From positions 19,138 to 83,137 of the IMG/VR virus record IMGVR_UViG_3300037634_007228: a stretch of DNA of 64,000 nucleotides; one strand, 5' to 3'. Source of the DNA: a virus. Its lineage: Duplodnaviria > Caudoviricetes. The first letter of the stretch is position 1, and each line of letters opens with the position of its first letter. The notes below the pieces were generated by a model. That model had not been told where the DNA came from. It was given only the letters and a program-made list of their open reading frames with translations, and did not search any database. Both the position numbers and the translations under genes were made by a program. Positions 9,067 to 19,700 of this stretch are shown piece after piece.

Positions 9067-12000
9067 CTAAGTAGATGTAAGTTTGTTAAAGTTCGCTATA
9101 AGTGATTCCAAAGCTTGCTGGTCCAGCTTGTTATTTTTAATCTTTTTAATGATTGCTTCTATCAATTTGGGATCAACACTTGTTTCGTTCTCCTTCTTAA
9201 TTAGTGCGTTCAAACCTTTTGTGGACAACGCAAAATAATTAGATAGTTCTTTGAAGTCGCCGCCTGAATAACCTTTGGCTTTTATTTGTTCTGTGGTTTG
9301 TTCAGAGCCACCAATGGTGTCCAACTTCTTTATTTTAGGAAAGAAGTTCAAATCGATTTCCCTTCCGGTCGTTTTAGAACGAACCCTTATTTTAAAATAT
9401 CTGGTGCCATCTGTCCACTTCAATCCTTCTCCGGTTAGTCCAATACGATTAAAAAGCTTTTTGGAACTGTCATTCTTTTCCACTTTATCTCCGTAACCAT
9501 CAACATTGTAAGGTTCGGCTTGAAAAGATGATAAGCCGACTGCCACAACTCCGTTGGAAGTAAGTGGCTTAAATACTGGCTGTGGTGTCTTCTCTATCGG
9601 AAAAGCGTAGGGCTTAGTGTCACCAATGTGGATATCCCCGTCATCATAAACATTGACCTCTCTGACGGGAGATGGACGAGATGGATAACCGTGAGCATTA
9701 ATGGTGCGAAAAGTGTAATAATAAGTTGTGTTGGGCTTAATCGTATCCACAAATTCCACGCCATTTATCTTTTCCACTTCAAACATTTTGGCTTTCTCAA
9801 AATCGACGTAACCTGTTGGGGCACTGTCTAGCCTAAAAATTTGATATTTGACGATAGGTGATTTTGAAGCAAACTCAAAATCAAACAGCAGGTCACCCGC
9901 TTGCTTCATCGTCTCATCCGAGATGCCGCCGATGGTCCAGCCCTGCCACATCTTCTCTGCGTCAGCCACAACTGTACCTTTGGCTATCTTGGAAAGAATC
10001 TTTACCATCTCAGACCCCACCGACGAATCGTACAAACCCACACCAGTTTGTTTCTTTAAAATTTTATTAAAAATCTCCATATCTTTGCCGGGGCTGTTGG
10101 GCTTATCGGTGGTAGTTTTTAAGGGAATAAAAACATCTGACACGTTGGGAACATTATCCGACAAAACCATCTTTACCTTGGAAGCATCTAGTCGGCTGGG
10201 TATAACCAAAGCAGTGGGATAGACCGGCAGGGAATCCATAATATAATTAGGTTCTGTTTCCCACACCAAGACTTTCATAATTCTCAAATCAGGATAAGAA
10301 AGAAAATTTGCCTTGTACACTGCGGTTTTGTAAAAGCTCGTGGTGTCGAACTTAGATTTGTCGTCGCGAACCGCCGTGCCAACACTTATAACATGACAGA
10401 AAAATCTGTATACATAAGGTGTGTTATAAAGAGGTCCAGAATCTACCACCTTTAAGAGTTCTTCTCTATTCATAGACGCTGGAAACATGTATTCCCTTTC
10501 ATAAGTTTTAAGTCCATTGTCTTCTACCTTGAAACGCGCCACAGAATACGCCAGCACTTCCACATAATTTTTTAAGGGGGCTTTTCTATAGTTTCCCTTT
10601 TCATCAAAAACTCGTTCGAGCAAAGGTTTGTAGTGTTTGTTGACAAACTCTTCCATTCGGGATGCAAAAATAAAAGCATCAAAGTCACTAACCATAGTAT
10701 TTTCACTAAACTCGCGGTAAATAAAATCGGTGCGGGCGACGAATGGCTTCTCGGCAGCAGCGCCGACTTTGCCGCCTTCCAAATACGCTTCATCGATGGT
10801 CATGGCGTTGCCATTGGGTTTGAAGCCGAAGCCCCCGAAGGCGGGGTCCATCGTTATAAGCTGTTCCGAGATAGTCTTTTGCGGTCCATCCCACAAATCT
10901 TTCAACTTCGCGGTTTGCTTCGTAGTAACGCGGTTGGGGGAAATAAAACCCCCTGCCTTGAAAGCCCACTTTAAAGTCTCAGCGACCATTGGCGCACGTT
11001 CAATCCAATATTGTTCTTTTTTATTCATCCCCAACAACCGCGAGATCTCTTTAAAATCTACGCTCCCATCATCGGAGAGTGAGAAAAATGGTTTGTTCTG
11101 ACGGTCAATCAAATTATAAACGAACGTCTCATACATATCCATGTCTTTTAAAATTTTCTTGAATTCGTTATTAGAGTTTTGGGGAATGATGTTATAATTG
11201 GCTTCAACCACAAAATTATATGGCAACACTTTTTCATGGCTCGACACCCGATTAAGAAGCTCTACATCACCCACAATATAAGCTGAAGAATTATAAGCTT
11301 TGGCAGTAGTGTTTAAGCCGGTGGACGGCATCGTATCTTTGTCATATTTTTTCTTGCTCAAATAAGTAGAATAAAAGCTGTCCAATTTTAACTTCTCTTT
11401 GCCCTTTGCCACACCATCAGTCCAATGAGCAGAGTTCCCCCACTGAGCGGGGTATGTCATTGATCCGTAGCCGGTTTTCTTGGTGACCTCCGGTATTATA
11501 CGTTTGGTTTGTTTCCACCTCGTCTCAGCAATATATGTTCCCACTAAGATGGGCTTTTCTCTCATTACCAAAGAATTATACGCATAAAAATCCTGGGGCT
11601 TGGCAATTTTTCGATATTCGTCCGATGTATTTTTATCAAGCGACTCAAGTTTTTGAAGATAAAAGTTATAGTTGGGTTCTGCCTTCACATACACACTTCC
11701 CTTTGTTTCTGAAAAAACACCTTCGAACTTTGGTGGAGTGGGAGTTTCCAAATCAAAAAAATGAAGATTTTGTGGAAGCTTGGTAGTTCCCAAAGAAGCT
11801 GTCAACCTGTGAAACGGACCCTTCTTGGCGTTGTTGGTGGGCAGTGGACTTCCACCGGGCTCGTCATAAAACCAAATCTCCTTTAGTTCACGAACCACAT
11901 TCCCAACCAAATAGTTATAGGGACCATCTTTTAACTGTGCTACCTCGTCAGGGGTCGGATCTTTAAGAATTTTCTCCACCCACGAAGGGTCGGTGTGGTC

Positions 12001-12159
12001 CTGACTGGCGGCAGCGCCGGGACGAAGAGCATACGAAGCGCCCGTGCCCTCTGCCCAATCAAGGGCGTAATGAATGCTTACTATAATAGGATTATTAGGC
12101 GCAGAGTTGACCGGAGTTCCCGATCTGCCGCCGCCCTTAAATATAAAACTAGTTCGCAT
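9067..12159 (-). CDS. Large putative virion protein with FN3/Ig-like segments
   Basis: 1030 aa. PNTTYYYTFRTINAHGYPSRPS and YNTPYVYRF are fibronectin-III-like signatures. Located in the structural module. Confidence 0.5.
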   Translation of the reverse strand: MRTSFIFKGGGRSGTPVNSAPNNPIIVSIHYALDWAEGTGASYALRPGAAASQDHTDPSWVEKILKDPTPDEVAQLKDGPYNYLVGNVVRELKEIWFYDEPGGSPLPTNNAKKGPFHRLTASLGTTKLPQNLHFFDLETPTPPKFEGVFSETKGSVYVKAEPNYNFYLQKLESLDKNTSDEYRKIAKPQDFYAYNSLVMREKPILVGTYIAETRWKQTKRIIPEVTKKTGYGSMTYPAQWGNSAHWTDGVAKGKEKLKLDSFYSTYLSKKKYDKDTMPSTGLNTTAKAYNSSAYIVGDVELLNRVSSHEKVLPYNFVVEANYNIIPQNSNNEFKKILKDMDMYETFVYNLIDRQNKPFFSLSDDGSVDFKEISRLLGMNKKEQYWIERAPMVAETLKWAFKAGGFISPNRVTTKQTAKLKDLWDGPQKTISEQLITMDPAFGGFGFKPNGNAMTIDEAYLEGGKVGAAAEKPFVARTDFIYREFSENTMVSDFDAFIFASRMEEFVNKHYKPLLERVFDEKGNYRKAPLKNYVEVLAYSVARFKVEDNGLKTYEREYMFPASMNREELLKVVDSGPLYNTPYVYRFFCHVISVGTAVRDDKSKFDTTSFYKTAVYKANFLSYPDLRIMKVLVWETEPNYIMDSLPVYPTALVIPSRLDASKVKMVLSDNVPNVSDVFIPLKTTTDKPNSPGKDMEIFNKILKKQTGVGLYDSSVGSEMVKILSKIAKGTVVADAEKMWQGWTIGGISDETMKQAGDLLFDFEFASKSPIVKYQIFRLDSAPTGYVDFEKAKMFEVEKINGVEFVDTIKPNTTYYYTFRTINAHGYPSRPSPVREVNVYDDGDIHIGDTKPYAFPIEKTPQPVFKPLTSNGVVAVGLSSFQAEPYNVDGYGDKVEKNDSSKKLFNRIGLTGEGLKWTDGTRYFKIRVRSKTTGREIDLNFFPKIKKLDTIGGSEQTTEQIKAKGYSGGDFKELSNYFALSTKGLNALIKKENETSVDPKLIEAIIKKIKNNKLDQQALESLIANFNKLTST
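9068..9074 (-). promoter_or_regulatory. Candidate phage late promoter variant CTACTTA
   Basis: 15 nt upstream of ATG 9052 and followed by the SD-like AGAGG. Overlaps the upstream stop codon. Confidence 0.35.
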
Positions 12160-12164
12160 ATTCG

Positions 12165-12171
12165 TAAATAG
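12165..12171 (-). promoter_or_regulatory. Candidate phage late promoter CTATTTA
   Basis: Fully intergenic, 5 nt upstream of ATG 12159. The identical heptamer occurs at 16703 and 63897. Confidence 0.55.
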
Positions 12172-12182
12172 TTGTTAAGGCT

Positions 12183-15100
12183 TTAATATTTGCCCTTGCC
12201 AAAGTTCATTGGAATGTTAAGCGGCATCTTGCCCTTAATGGATTTTGCCCCTTGTTTTCCAACTTGTTGAGCGCCGTCAGCGCCTTGAGCGCCGGTCTGT
12301 TTTACTTCCATCTTTCCAACTGCGCCTTCAATAGATTTGCCGGATTTGCTAGACTTACCTGTAGTCTTGGACGATGCCACATTACCAAAAAGGTTAGAAA
12401 GCACCCCTACAGACACCGACATCGTCTTCATCGCGGTTTCTCCCTTCGACACCGATTGTGCTGCCAGCGACACACCGGCAGAGGAAAGCCCCGTTACGGG
12501 ACCACTAGGAAACGGAGATACTGATTTGCTTGGGATTTCAAACAGGCTTTGTTTTAATCCCATCGAGACCACGTCTTTCATGGCGGGTAACATAGCCTTA
12601 GAAAAAACGTTCATCGCGGCTTTGTCTACGTCGAATTCAACAGGCGGCGTGTCTGGTGCTTTTATATTGGGGATCTTAAAGGTGATCTTGCCAGAAACAT
12701 TCTTAGTAGTAAAAATAAAATATTGATCAACAATCCGCTGATTTAATGGAAAGCCACTCGTTAATTGCCATCGAGCTAATACGTTGGGACTAGTTAAATT
12801 ATTTTTCACCTCTCTATACGGCTGCCAACTGCTGCCCTTGTTGGAATTGGCATTGGACATAAACACATACATTTCTACCGTATTTGTAAATAATAAAACA
12901 GAAAGAATGGAGTTCCCATCACTAAGCTTTTTACCTTGATCCAATTGAAGATAAAGTGACTTCAAATCCGCAGATGCTTCAAAAGATGTGGGTTCGTTAC
13001 CCAAAGCATAAAGAGGCACATCCACATCAGCCCAGCCGCTCCACGAAGAGGGCGTAGCCATCCACCTCAACAAACCGCCTTCATCCCCAAAATAATCCGC
13101 AAACTTTTGTGCGCCCACTTGATTAATAAAATTATATATCGTGGTTAGTTTCTGGAGATCTTGATAATTTGAAACGTCTTGCTCGGGCTCATTTTTAGGA
13201 TTAAACGGATTACCAGAGCCGCCAAAAAAATCGAGGAAAGACAGTTTAGAAAGATCTGAGGGGGATGTAAACGCCTCTTCTCTCGTTGAATCTATAATAG
13301 AAACCCCATCCTTCAACAACGAATCTAACAAAGGTGAAATTACCGCGCTGACTTGGGTGTCTTGGGTAGGAGCTTTATAAGATTTAGCTTCGCCTTTTTG
13401 CATACTCAACACAAAATCGGTTAAGTGCGACTCATTCAGAATAAATATATTGTCATCATTAAGTGTTTGGATAGATGCGTTGCCTGCCGTCAAGGCGAGC
13501 GGCGTTATTCTTTCGCGCAAATTAATTTTTCCGTATGAACCCGTATTACCAAGATATTTTGCGATTTCAAGCTTTTGTAGCGTTTCATATTGTCCCTTGT
13601 CGAGTGTAATCGCGAAGCTTTCGGAGCTTTTTACAGGTGTTTCTTTCGAAAAATAATCCAAAAAGAAATGAGCCGGTTCATCATATCCAACACTATAGTT
13701 GGTGCTACCGTCAGCGAGTGGTCCTGAAGGGAGTTTGTAATAGTTAGTGGAGATTGCTGGAGCCTTCGAGGAATCTCCTTTAATCTTCTGTGTGACGTTG
13801 GGCATTATATCAAACGTTTTTACTTGGTTAAGAGACTCTTGGATGAGGTCTTTTATTATAAAAAATGTACCGGGAGTTAAAACGGTCGTGCCCGCGTTCT
13901 TATCAACACTTAAAAGCTTCCCCACGGCAGAAGCAACTTGCTGCGCCGAGGCGATGGCTGGCTTATCAGCGTCGACCAACTCGACGAGGCGCACAAACAA
14001 AGTATTAAAACTCTGTTTAAGCCTAGTCAAAATGTCTCCAAACTCCTCAACAAATTTTGGAGTCATTCTTCCAAAATCCGCATCATAAAACTTGGAGAGC
14101 ATTATTACATTTTCTAATCCGCCGAACATGTTTAAATATTTGCTTACGGTCACCAAGCTGCTGCTCAGATCGAATCCAAATTTTGAATCAAAAGTTATTT
14201 TTACACGATATTCATATTTGTATTTCTTGTTAACTGTTTTATCCTTCACAACAAAAATGGTTTTTTGAATCTCGGCAGTAGAACAATCATAGCCCCGCAA
14301 CACAATTTTATCTGTGCCCTGGGGGATGACTTGACCAGAAAATAAACCCTTTAATCCGGCGGTCATCCATGAAGACCAAATGGTCTCTTCCAAAAAATCT
14401 TTAGTAAATTTTTCACTTATGTTCTTAGCCACCTTTTTTCTCAAAAGAGACATGCTTTTAATGTTCAGCCCGTAAGCATTGCTTCCGTTATTAAAACTGA
14501 GAGCCGTTTTCATAAATTTGCCCATATCAAACATAAACGCCAAATTCATAGTAGTAGGTGCCGTGTCATCCCAGAAAAATATTTGACTAAAAGGTGATTC
14601 CATTGCTTCCAGTTTGTGACTATCAAAATAATCTTTAAAAGACATATCAGCTATCTTGTTCGCAGTTAGAAGGTTGGAAACGATGTCCTGATTCTCCCCC
14701 AAATCAAAAATATCTCCTTTACCAAAACCCACAAAATTAGATAAGGCGGCTGGATCAGAGACGACTGCCGATGTAAGACCGGGATCGTTTTCAGGAACAG
14801 GAAGCTTTGTTAAAATCTCAGTACCAAGTCCGGGGTCAGGAAGTTTATGAATGTGGGTTTCAGACGCAATACCGGTTTTACTTGCTGGTTTAACGTCATA
14901 ATCAACTATGTCATGTGAGTGGTGTATGACTCCATACCAATTCTGATCTTGGATATAGGCGTAGTTGGACGACACATCAGAGACACCATCTCCAAACTCG
15001 TTTACTGTATAATGGTGAGTATGTTGCCAATCCAAAGATGTAATTCCGCCCTTGGGAACTTCTTCTAGAGTTACAGCCGAATACGGTCCTGTCCACATTT

Positions 15101-15800
15101 TGCCGTCGTTGGTTTGAAGAATCTGATACTTGAAATCAACAATGCCGCCCTTGGCAATTACAAACGGAAAGGCATATGCTATTGCTGAAGCTTGGGCGGC
15201 GAAGGGAAGTGCGCCGTTTGCAAGATTCGCAGATACTTGAATAAAACCCATCAAATCTACAATGCGATCATCTGCTATAAACGTAGGGTCGCCGGGGGTC
15301 GGGTCGATGTCGGTTACTGGATGGAATTCCATCGCTTTCAAATTTTTAAACTCTACAGTATAAGTAAATTTTCTGTATTGTTGACCTCCGTATTCATAAA
15401 GTGTTGATTGAGTGAACATTTGAGGAGACGATGCATGTTGTGAATCCTTACCCCGCTTGGGCAGAAAATATTCCACACCATCCTTATTCATTTTAACGAA
15501 CGGACCTTCATCACTAATGGTGGCACCTGCCGTGTTAGACCCGAAAGGGACGCCAGCTTCAAGGGCATCCTTTATATCTTGTGAAGCATCATAAGTATAT
15601 AAAGCGACATTTGTGGATAACAAAGGCTTATAAGAATCAAAAATGTCTTTACCCTCCGCATCTACGGGAGCATAGAAACAATATCGCATTTCCACACTTA
15701 TACCATCTTGATCGTTAAGAACCACCGACTCGATAAGCGGGTAGGGAACCTTTTGTATGTGTAACGAACCTATGTCAATATCATCAAAATACATTAGCAC
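12183..15800 (-). CDS. Large putative virion protein with a triple HxH motif and a low-complexity basic C-terminus
   Basis: 1205 aa. HTHHY...HSHDI...HIHKL cluster; K/S/G-rich tail. Located in the structural module. Confidence 0.5.
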   Translation of the reverse strand: MLMYFDDIDIGSLHIQKVPYPLIESVVLNDQDGISVEMRYCFYAPVDAEGKDIFDSYKPLLSTNVALYTYDASQDIKDALEAGVPFGSNTAGATISDEGPFVKMNKDGVEYFLPKRGKDSQHASSPQMFTQSTLYEYGGQQYRKFTYTVEFKNLKAMEFHPVTDIDPTPGDPTFIADDRIVDLMGFIQVSANLANGALPFAAQASAIAYAFPFVIAKGGIVDFKYQILQTNDGKMWTGPYSAVTLEEVPKGGITSLDWQHTHHYTVNEFGDGVSDVSSNYAYIQDQNWYGVIHHSHDIVDYDVKPASKTGIASETHIHKLPDPGLGTEILTKLPVPENDPGLTSAVVSDPAALSNFVGFGKGDIFDLGENQDIVSNLLTANKIADMSFKDYFDSHKLEAMESPFSQIFFWDDTAPTTMNLAFMFDMGKFMKTALSFNNGSNAYGLNIKSMSLLRKKVAKNISEKFTKDFLEETIWSSWMTAGLKGLFSGQVIPQGTDKIVLRGYDCSTAEIQKTIFVVKDKTVNKKYKYEYRVKITFDSKFGFDLSSSLVTVSKYLNMFGGLENVIMLSKFYDADFGRMTPKFVEEFGDILTRLKQSFNTLFVRLVELVDADKPAIASAQQVASAVGKLLSVDKNAGTTVLTPGTFFIIKDLIQESLNQVKTFDIMPNVTQKIKGDSSKAPAISTNYYKLPSGPLADGSTNYSVGYDEPAHFFLDYFSKETPVKSSESFAITLDKGQYETLQKLEIAKYLGNTGSYGKINLRERITPLALTAGNASIQTLNDDNIFILNESHLTDFVLSMQKGEAKSYKAPTQDTQVSAVISPLLDSLLKDGVSIIDSTREEAFTSPSDLSKLSFLDFFGGSGNPFNPKNEPEQDVSNYQDLQKLTTIYNFINQVGAQKFADYFGDEGGLLRWMATPSSWSGWADVDVPLYALGNEPTSFEASADLKSLYLQLDQGKKLSDGNSILSVLLFTNTVEMYVFMSNANSNKGSSWQPYREVKNNLTSPNVLARWQLTSGFPLNQRIVDQYFIFTTKNVSGKITFKIPNIKAPDTPPVEFDVDKAAMNVFSKAMLPAMKDVVSMGLKQSLFEIPSKSVSPFPSGPVTGLSSAGVSLAAQSVSKGETAMKTMSVSVGVLSNLFGNVASSKTTGKSSKSGKSIEGAVGKMEVKQTGAQGADGAQQVGKQGAKSIKGKMPLNIPMNFGKGKY

Positions 15801-16696
15801 TTCTCACTTTCTGGAAGGTTGTCATATAAGCCGCTGGCTGGAGAAAAACCTTGAGTCTTTTCCATTACTAAGTTTTCTTCTGTTTGAACATCTAAATAAT
15901 AAACCATTGCATCGGCATTATCTATTTCGCCCCATTGGGCAAATGGATTTAATTTTTTAAGTTGGCTTGGTTTGGTCAGCTTGGTGCCGTTGACAATAAA
16001 ACTCTGTTCTATTTCGACAGTGTAACATTCTATTTCATAGGTGTCATTCATTTTTGAAGCGCCAGATTCTAACAAGAGTCCTATGGTTTGTCCACGATCA
16101 ATTTTGACAATCGTCTTATCGTCAAAGACTTTTACGATTTTACTCCTAGAATCAAAACCACGCGCAGGATCATATAACTCAACTGTTCCATCGGACTGCT
16201 GGGCTTGAATAGCCACTTCATAAAGATCGTCGGGAAGCGTTTCTCTAATTACAAATGCGTTCAGTTCAAAATCCAGTTGGGGTATTTGGTATGAACCGCT
16301 ACCCACCGTCACAGACTCCGCAGAAGCGGAAATTGCATTTCGCAATGCCATATAAGTAAATCGCGGAGCCACTTGGGATCCTATCTCCGAATCAGATAAG
16401 CCGAAAGAATTTTGAAATATAGACTGTAAAGTGGGCGTTGGTTGCCACGACGATTGTTTATCGAGACTGAGATGATCTGAATTTATTATAAAAGAGTTTT
16501 TTGGAGTTTGCTCCACAATTCTAGGCTCGGATTCATTTTGCGTTTCCGTAACTCCAATTTTTGCAGCGTTATAAATAATATCGTCATCCAAAAAATTATA
16601 ATAAGTAGGGGAAAACAAACCATCAGCAATCATCTTCTTGCCATGTTTGGTGAGGACCAAATCGATAACCTGTTCTTTGGAATCTAAAAAACTCAT
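15794..16696 (-). CDS. Virion structural protein (baseplate-associated), N-terminal paralog of 8129..9052
   Basis: N-terminus MSFLDSKEQVIDLVLTKHGKKMIADG...YNFLDDDIIY. Confidence 0.55.
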   Translation of the reverse strand: MSFLDSKEQVIDLVLTKHGKKMIADGLFSPTYYNFLDDDIIYNAAKIGVTETQNESEPRIVEQTPKNSFIINSDHLSLDKQSSWQPTPTLQSIFQNSFGLSDSEIGSQVAPRFTYMALRNAISASAESVTVGSGSYQIPQLDFELNAFVIRETLPDDLYEVAIQAQQSDGTVELYDPARGFDSRSKIVKVFDDKTIVKIDRGQTIGLLLESGASKMNDTYEIECYTVEIEQSFIVNGTKLTKPSQLKKLNPFAQWGEIDNADAMVYYLDVQTEENLVMEKTQGFSPASGLYDNLPESEKC

Positions 16697-16702
16697 GTAT
16701 TC

Positions 16703-16709
16703 TAAATAG
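16703..16709 (-). promoter_or_regulatory. Candidate phage late promoter CTATTTA
   Basis: Fully intergenic, 6 nt upstream of ATG 16696. Confidence 0.55.
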
Positions 16710-16710
16710 C

Positions 16711-19700
16711 CTAATCTTCAGATTTCTTAACGAAATCAATCTCTGCTGTGATCTTTGCTGTTTCCACCAAAGAACAAAAATCATAAGGATAGTTATAACT
16801 AAAATCTGCGACTTTAAGTTTGTTGCCATCCACAGTTTCAGGGGGAGGAATGGAGAAACCTGCAAAAGCCGGATTTGCTGCCCCCATTGCAAAATAATTC
16901 GTTTTGGCACGCTTTTTTACCTTAAAAATTATCCACTGAACCTGTTTTCTCTTTTCTATATTCTTGAACATCTCGGTTGTTTCTATATCAATATCCAGAT
17001 AAGCAGTTTCGCGATCAAAATCCCCCAGTGGTTTGGGTGGCAAACTTTGCCAATAAAGGTGCATATCGTCTTCATCCAAAGCAACGCTATATTCTTTGAC
17101 CAACATACCCACCGGTTTCGTATTTGTATTTCTTAGAAAGTCAAAGCGGGGCGGGAAAACATACTTGTCTAACAATAAAGACAAATTATACCACTCATTT
17201 GGCTCCTCATTATTTTGCACAGATTGGATGCCCTGTTTCTGTTTCTTCTTAAACTCGTCCTGATCAATCGCAAAAAAAGTTTTATCGGGTTGAGTTGATG
17301 CTTTAAAATATGGGATACAAACAATCGCTTCTTCGATCTTTGTAGATTTAGATAGGCGACCAAGCTGAACTTTATCGGGGAAGAGCAAATAGTCTTTTAA
17401 ACTTTTATACCCCGCAACATCTTTAACCGTCATGACAAACTCGGCTTTGTTCGTCTTGGGGTCAGGCAACTCACAATAACTTTTCCATATTCCCCCTAGT
17501 TTTGCATCTTCTGTCAAACCCGCGACGATGTTGCGAGTTAAATAGGGGGTTTCCCACTTTGGCTGAATGACCCACACATTATTTAAAGTATTCTGGGGGG
17601 TTGATTTTTTAGTCGGCTGACCGGTAATTATATCTTCTTCAAGCATCGACTTATCTGCCACCAAGAGATAATTGAGCGATTCGCTCAACGATGGCTGCTG
17701 ATTTAAAATCTGCGGCATAAGTGCAATCGTTGGTTCGGAAGTCCTATGAAAACTTTGTGTACACTCTTTCTGAATCTGACTTATGGTGGGCTTTTCATCA
17801 GCGGCAGGGTTCCACTCTAAAACCACAGATGCTGAACCCTGACCCCACGCGGGCTTCCACATTGCGTCAGTTGCGTAGTCGACGGTGTCGTATTTCGATC
17901 CCGAAACGCTCGGACCCCAGCCCATTTGTTGTGTGTGGGGAGCGGACACCACCGTCTGCCACGGTCCTTGGCTGCCTTCTCCATACGCATTATAATTTAA
18001 ATTATTTGCCACAGCAATTTCAACCGCGTAAGATTCTCCATTTTTAACTTGACCAAGTTCACTCTCCTCTTTTGAAACGATCGTTGACAACCTGTTATCC
18101 AATAAACAAAAATCAATGGTACTAGCCAAGAAATTGGACATTGCCAACTGATAAAATGGTTCGGGTTGACCACCCAGGGAAGCCGTAGAGTCCATAGACA
18201 TACTAGTGTGAGGATACATATCATAAATGTAAGTATTGGGGCTTCGCATCTTCTCTAAAGTCACCAACTCTTCAAAGGGAACGGTTTGAAAAGCAGTGCC
18301 CAGATCGCCGATACATTTTTCCATCATTACATTGCCAACGGACATAAGTCGTGTGGTGGCGTAGTCGCCAGTAAACATACCGTGGCTCATCGCCAAGCCA
18401 GCTTTAATGGAGTTAAAAAGAACTCCCGGCATAAACAAAGGCTGCATAAGAGTTCTAAACGATGTAGTCTCCCCGTCCAAAGTTGTGGCGGGAATGAGCG
18501 ATGAAGAAAATAACTGAGCCAGTTGCACCGTTCGTTCGGCTGGATAGAAGCCCTCATATGGAAGGAGTTTGGTGATAGCATCAATTTTCAATCTTATTTT
18601 GGACATTTTCATAAACTTGTGTTTCTTTTTGATCTCTTCAAAATTGAAAAACACTGCGCCTTCTTCGTAGCGGCTTATATTTGCGGCGGCAGTCGAAGAA
18701 CCAGTAATCGACGTAGAAGAAACAGCATCGCTATTTAAACTAACTGAACCTCCCGCATAGATGGACTCAACGTGATCCGAAATCCGATACTCTGGAAGAA
18801 GAGAGTGATCTTTACCGCATATTTTCACAAATTCGGAAAATTCTTTATGGTCATTATAATAATATGGTCCTTTGCCATATGTTGTTGGTGCTGACCAAGG
18901 CTCGTAAAACGACGAATTAAAAACGCCGCTGTGACTGTTTGCAAACCACGCGCCATCGCTGATCGGCGCATCAACTATATAGGGCATTTCTAAAATGGGT
19001 CCAAATGTCGATGATGCGTTGACAAGGGCACTACCGGTGTCATCTAACGTCTGATTTGTCTGCGCTGCATCATACGCAGTGTTGTTGTTTATCGGCGTTT
19101 GACACCGCGTTACAAAACGACTAAGAACGTTTTTCGGATCACGCAATATACCAAAGCGCATATTATTTGCTGCCACCGTGTCATATCGCGCTTCGTTCGC
19201 GTAGTTGGGCGCATCAAGTGTCCAAGCGGGATTAGCGATTGAAGACGATGCCTTGGTTCTCAAATCAACATACTTGGTGCCTTGGTCGGAGGTCGCATTA
19301 AAATGAACCCGAAACTGTAAACTGATTTCCGCAGCGCTGCCAGTGGCAGTGTCCAAAACATTAATACTAGGACCGACAGTGTTGCCGCGTAGGTCGGGGG
19401 ATGCTACCTCGGTGATCTCCGCAGACTGTGTAGCAAGGGGATTCGGACCACCGTAAGCTAAGTTGAACCCCATTTGATTGGTGACATAAGGAATATAATA
19501 ATCCCACGCATATGCCGTCACTTTTATAAGACTGCGGTCAGCCACTGTGTCCTTCCACGGCTGAACAAATATATCCCTTATGAGGGAACTCCCTAAATAG
19601 CTATATTTTTGCAGAGGATAAATCTGATGAGAAAACTTAACAAACCTGATGTCTTCTTTGTTCATCGCATCTTGAAATTTAGAGGAGTAAAAATTATAAA

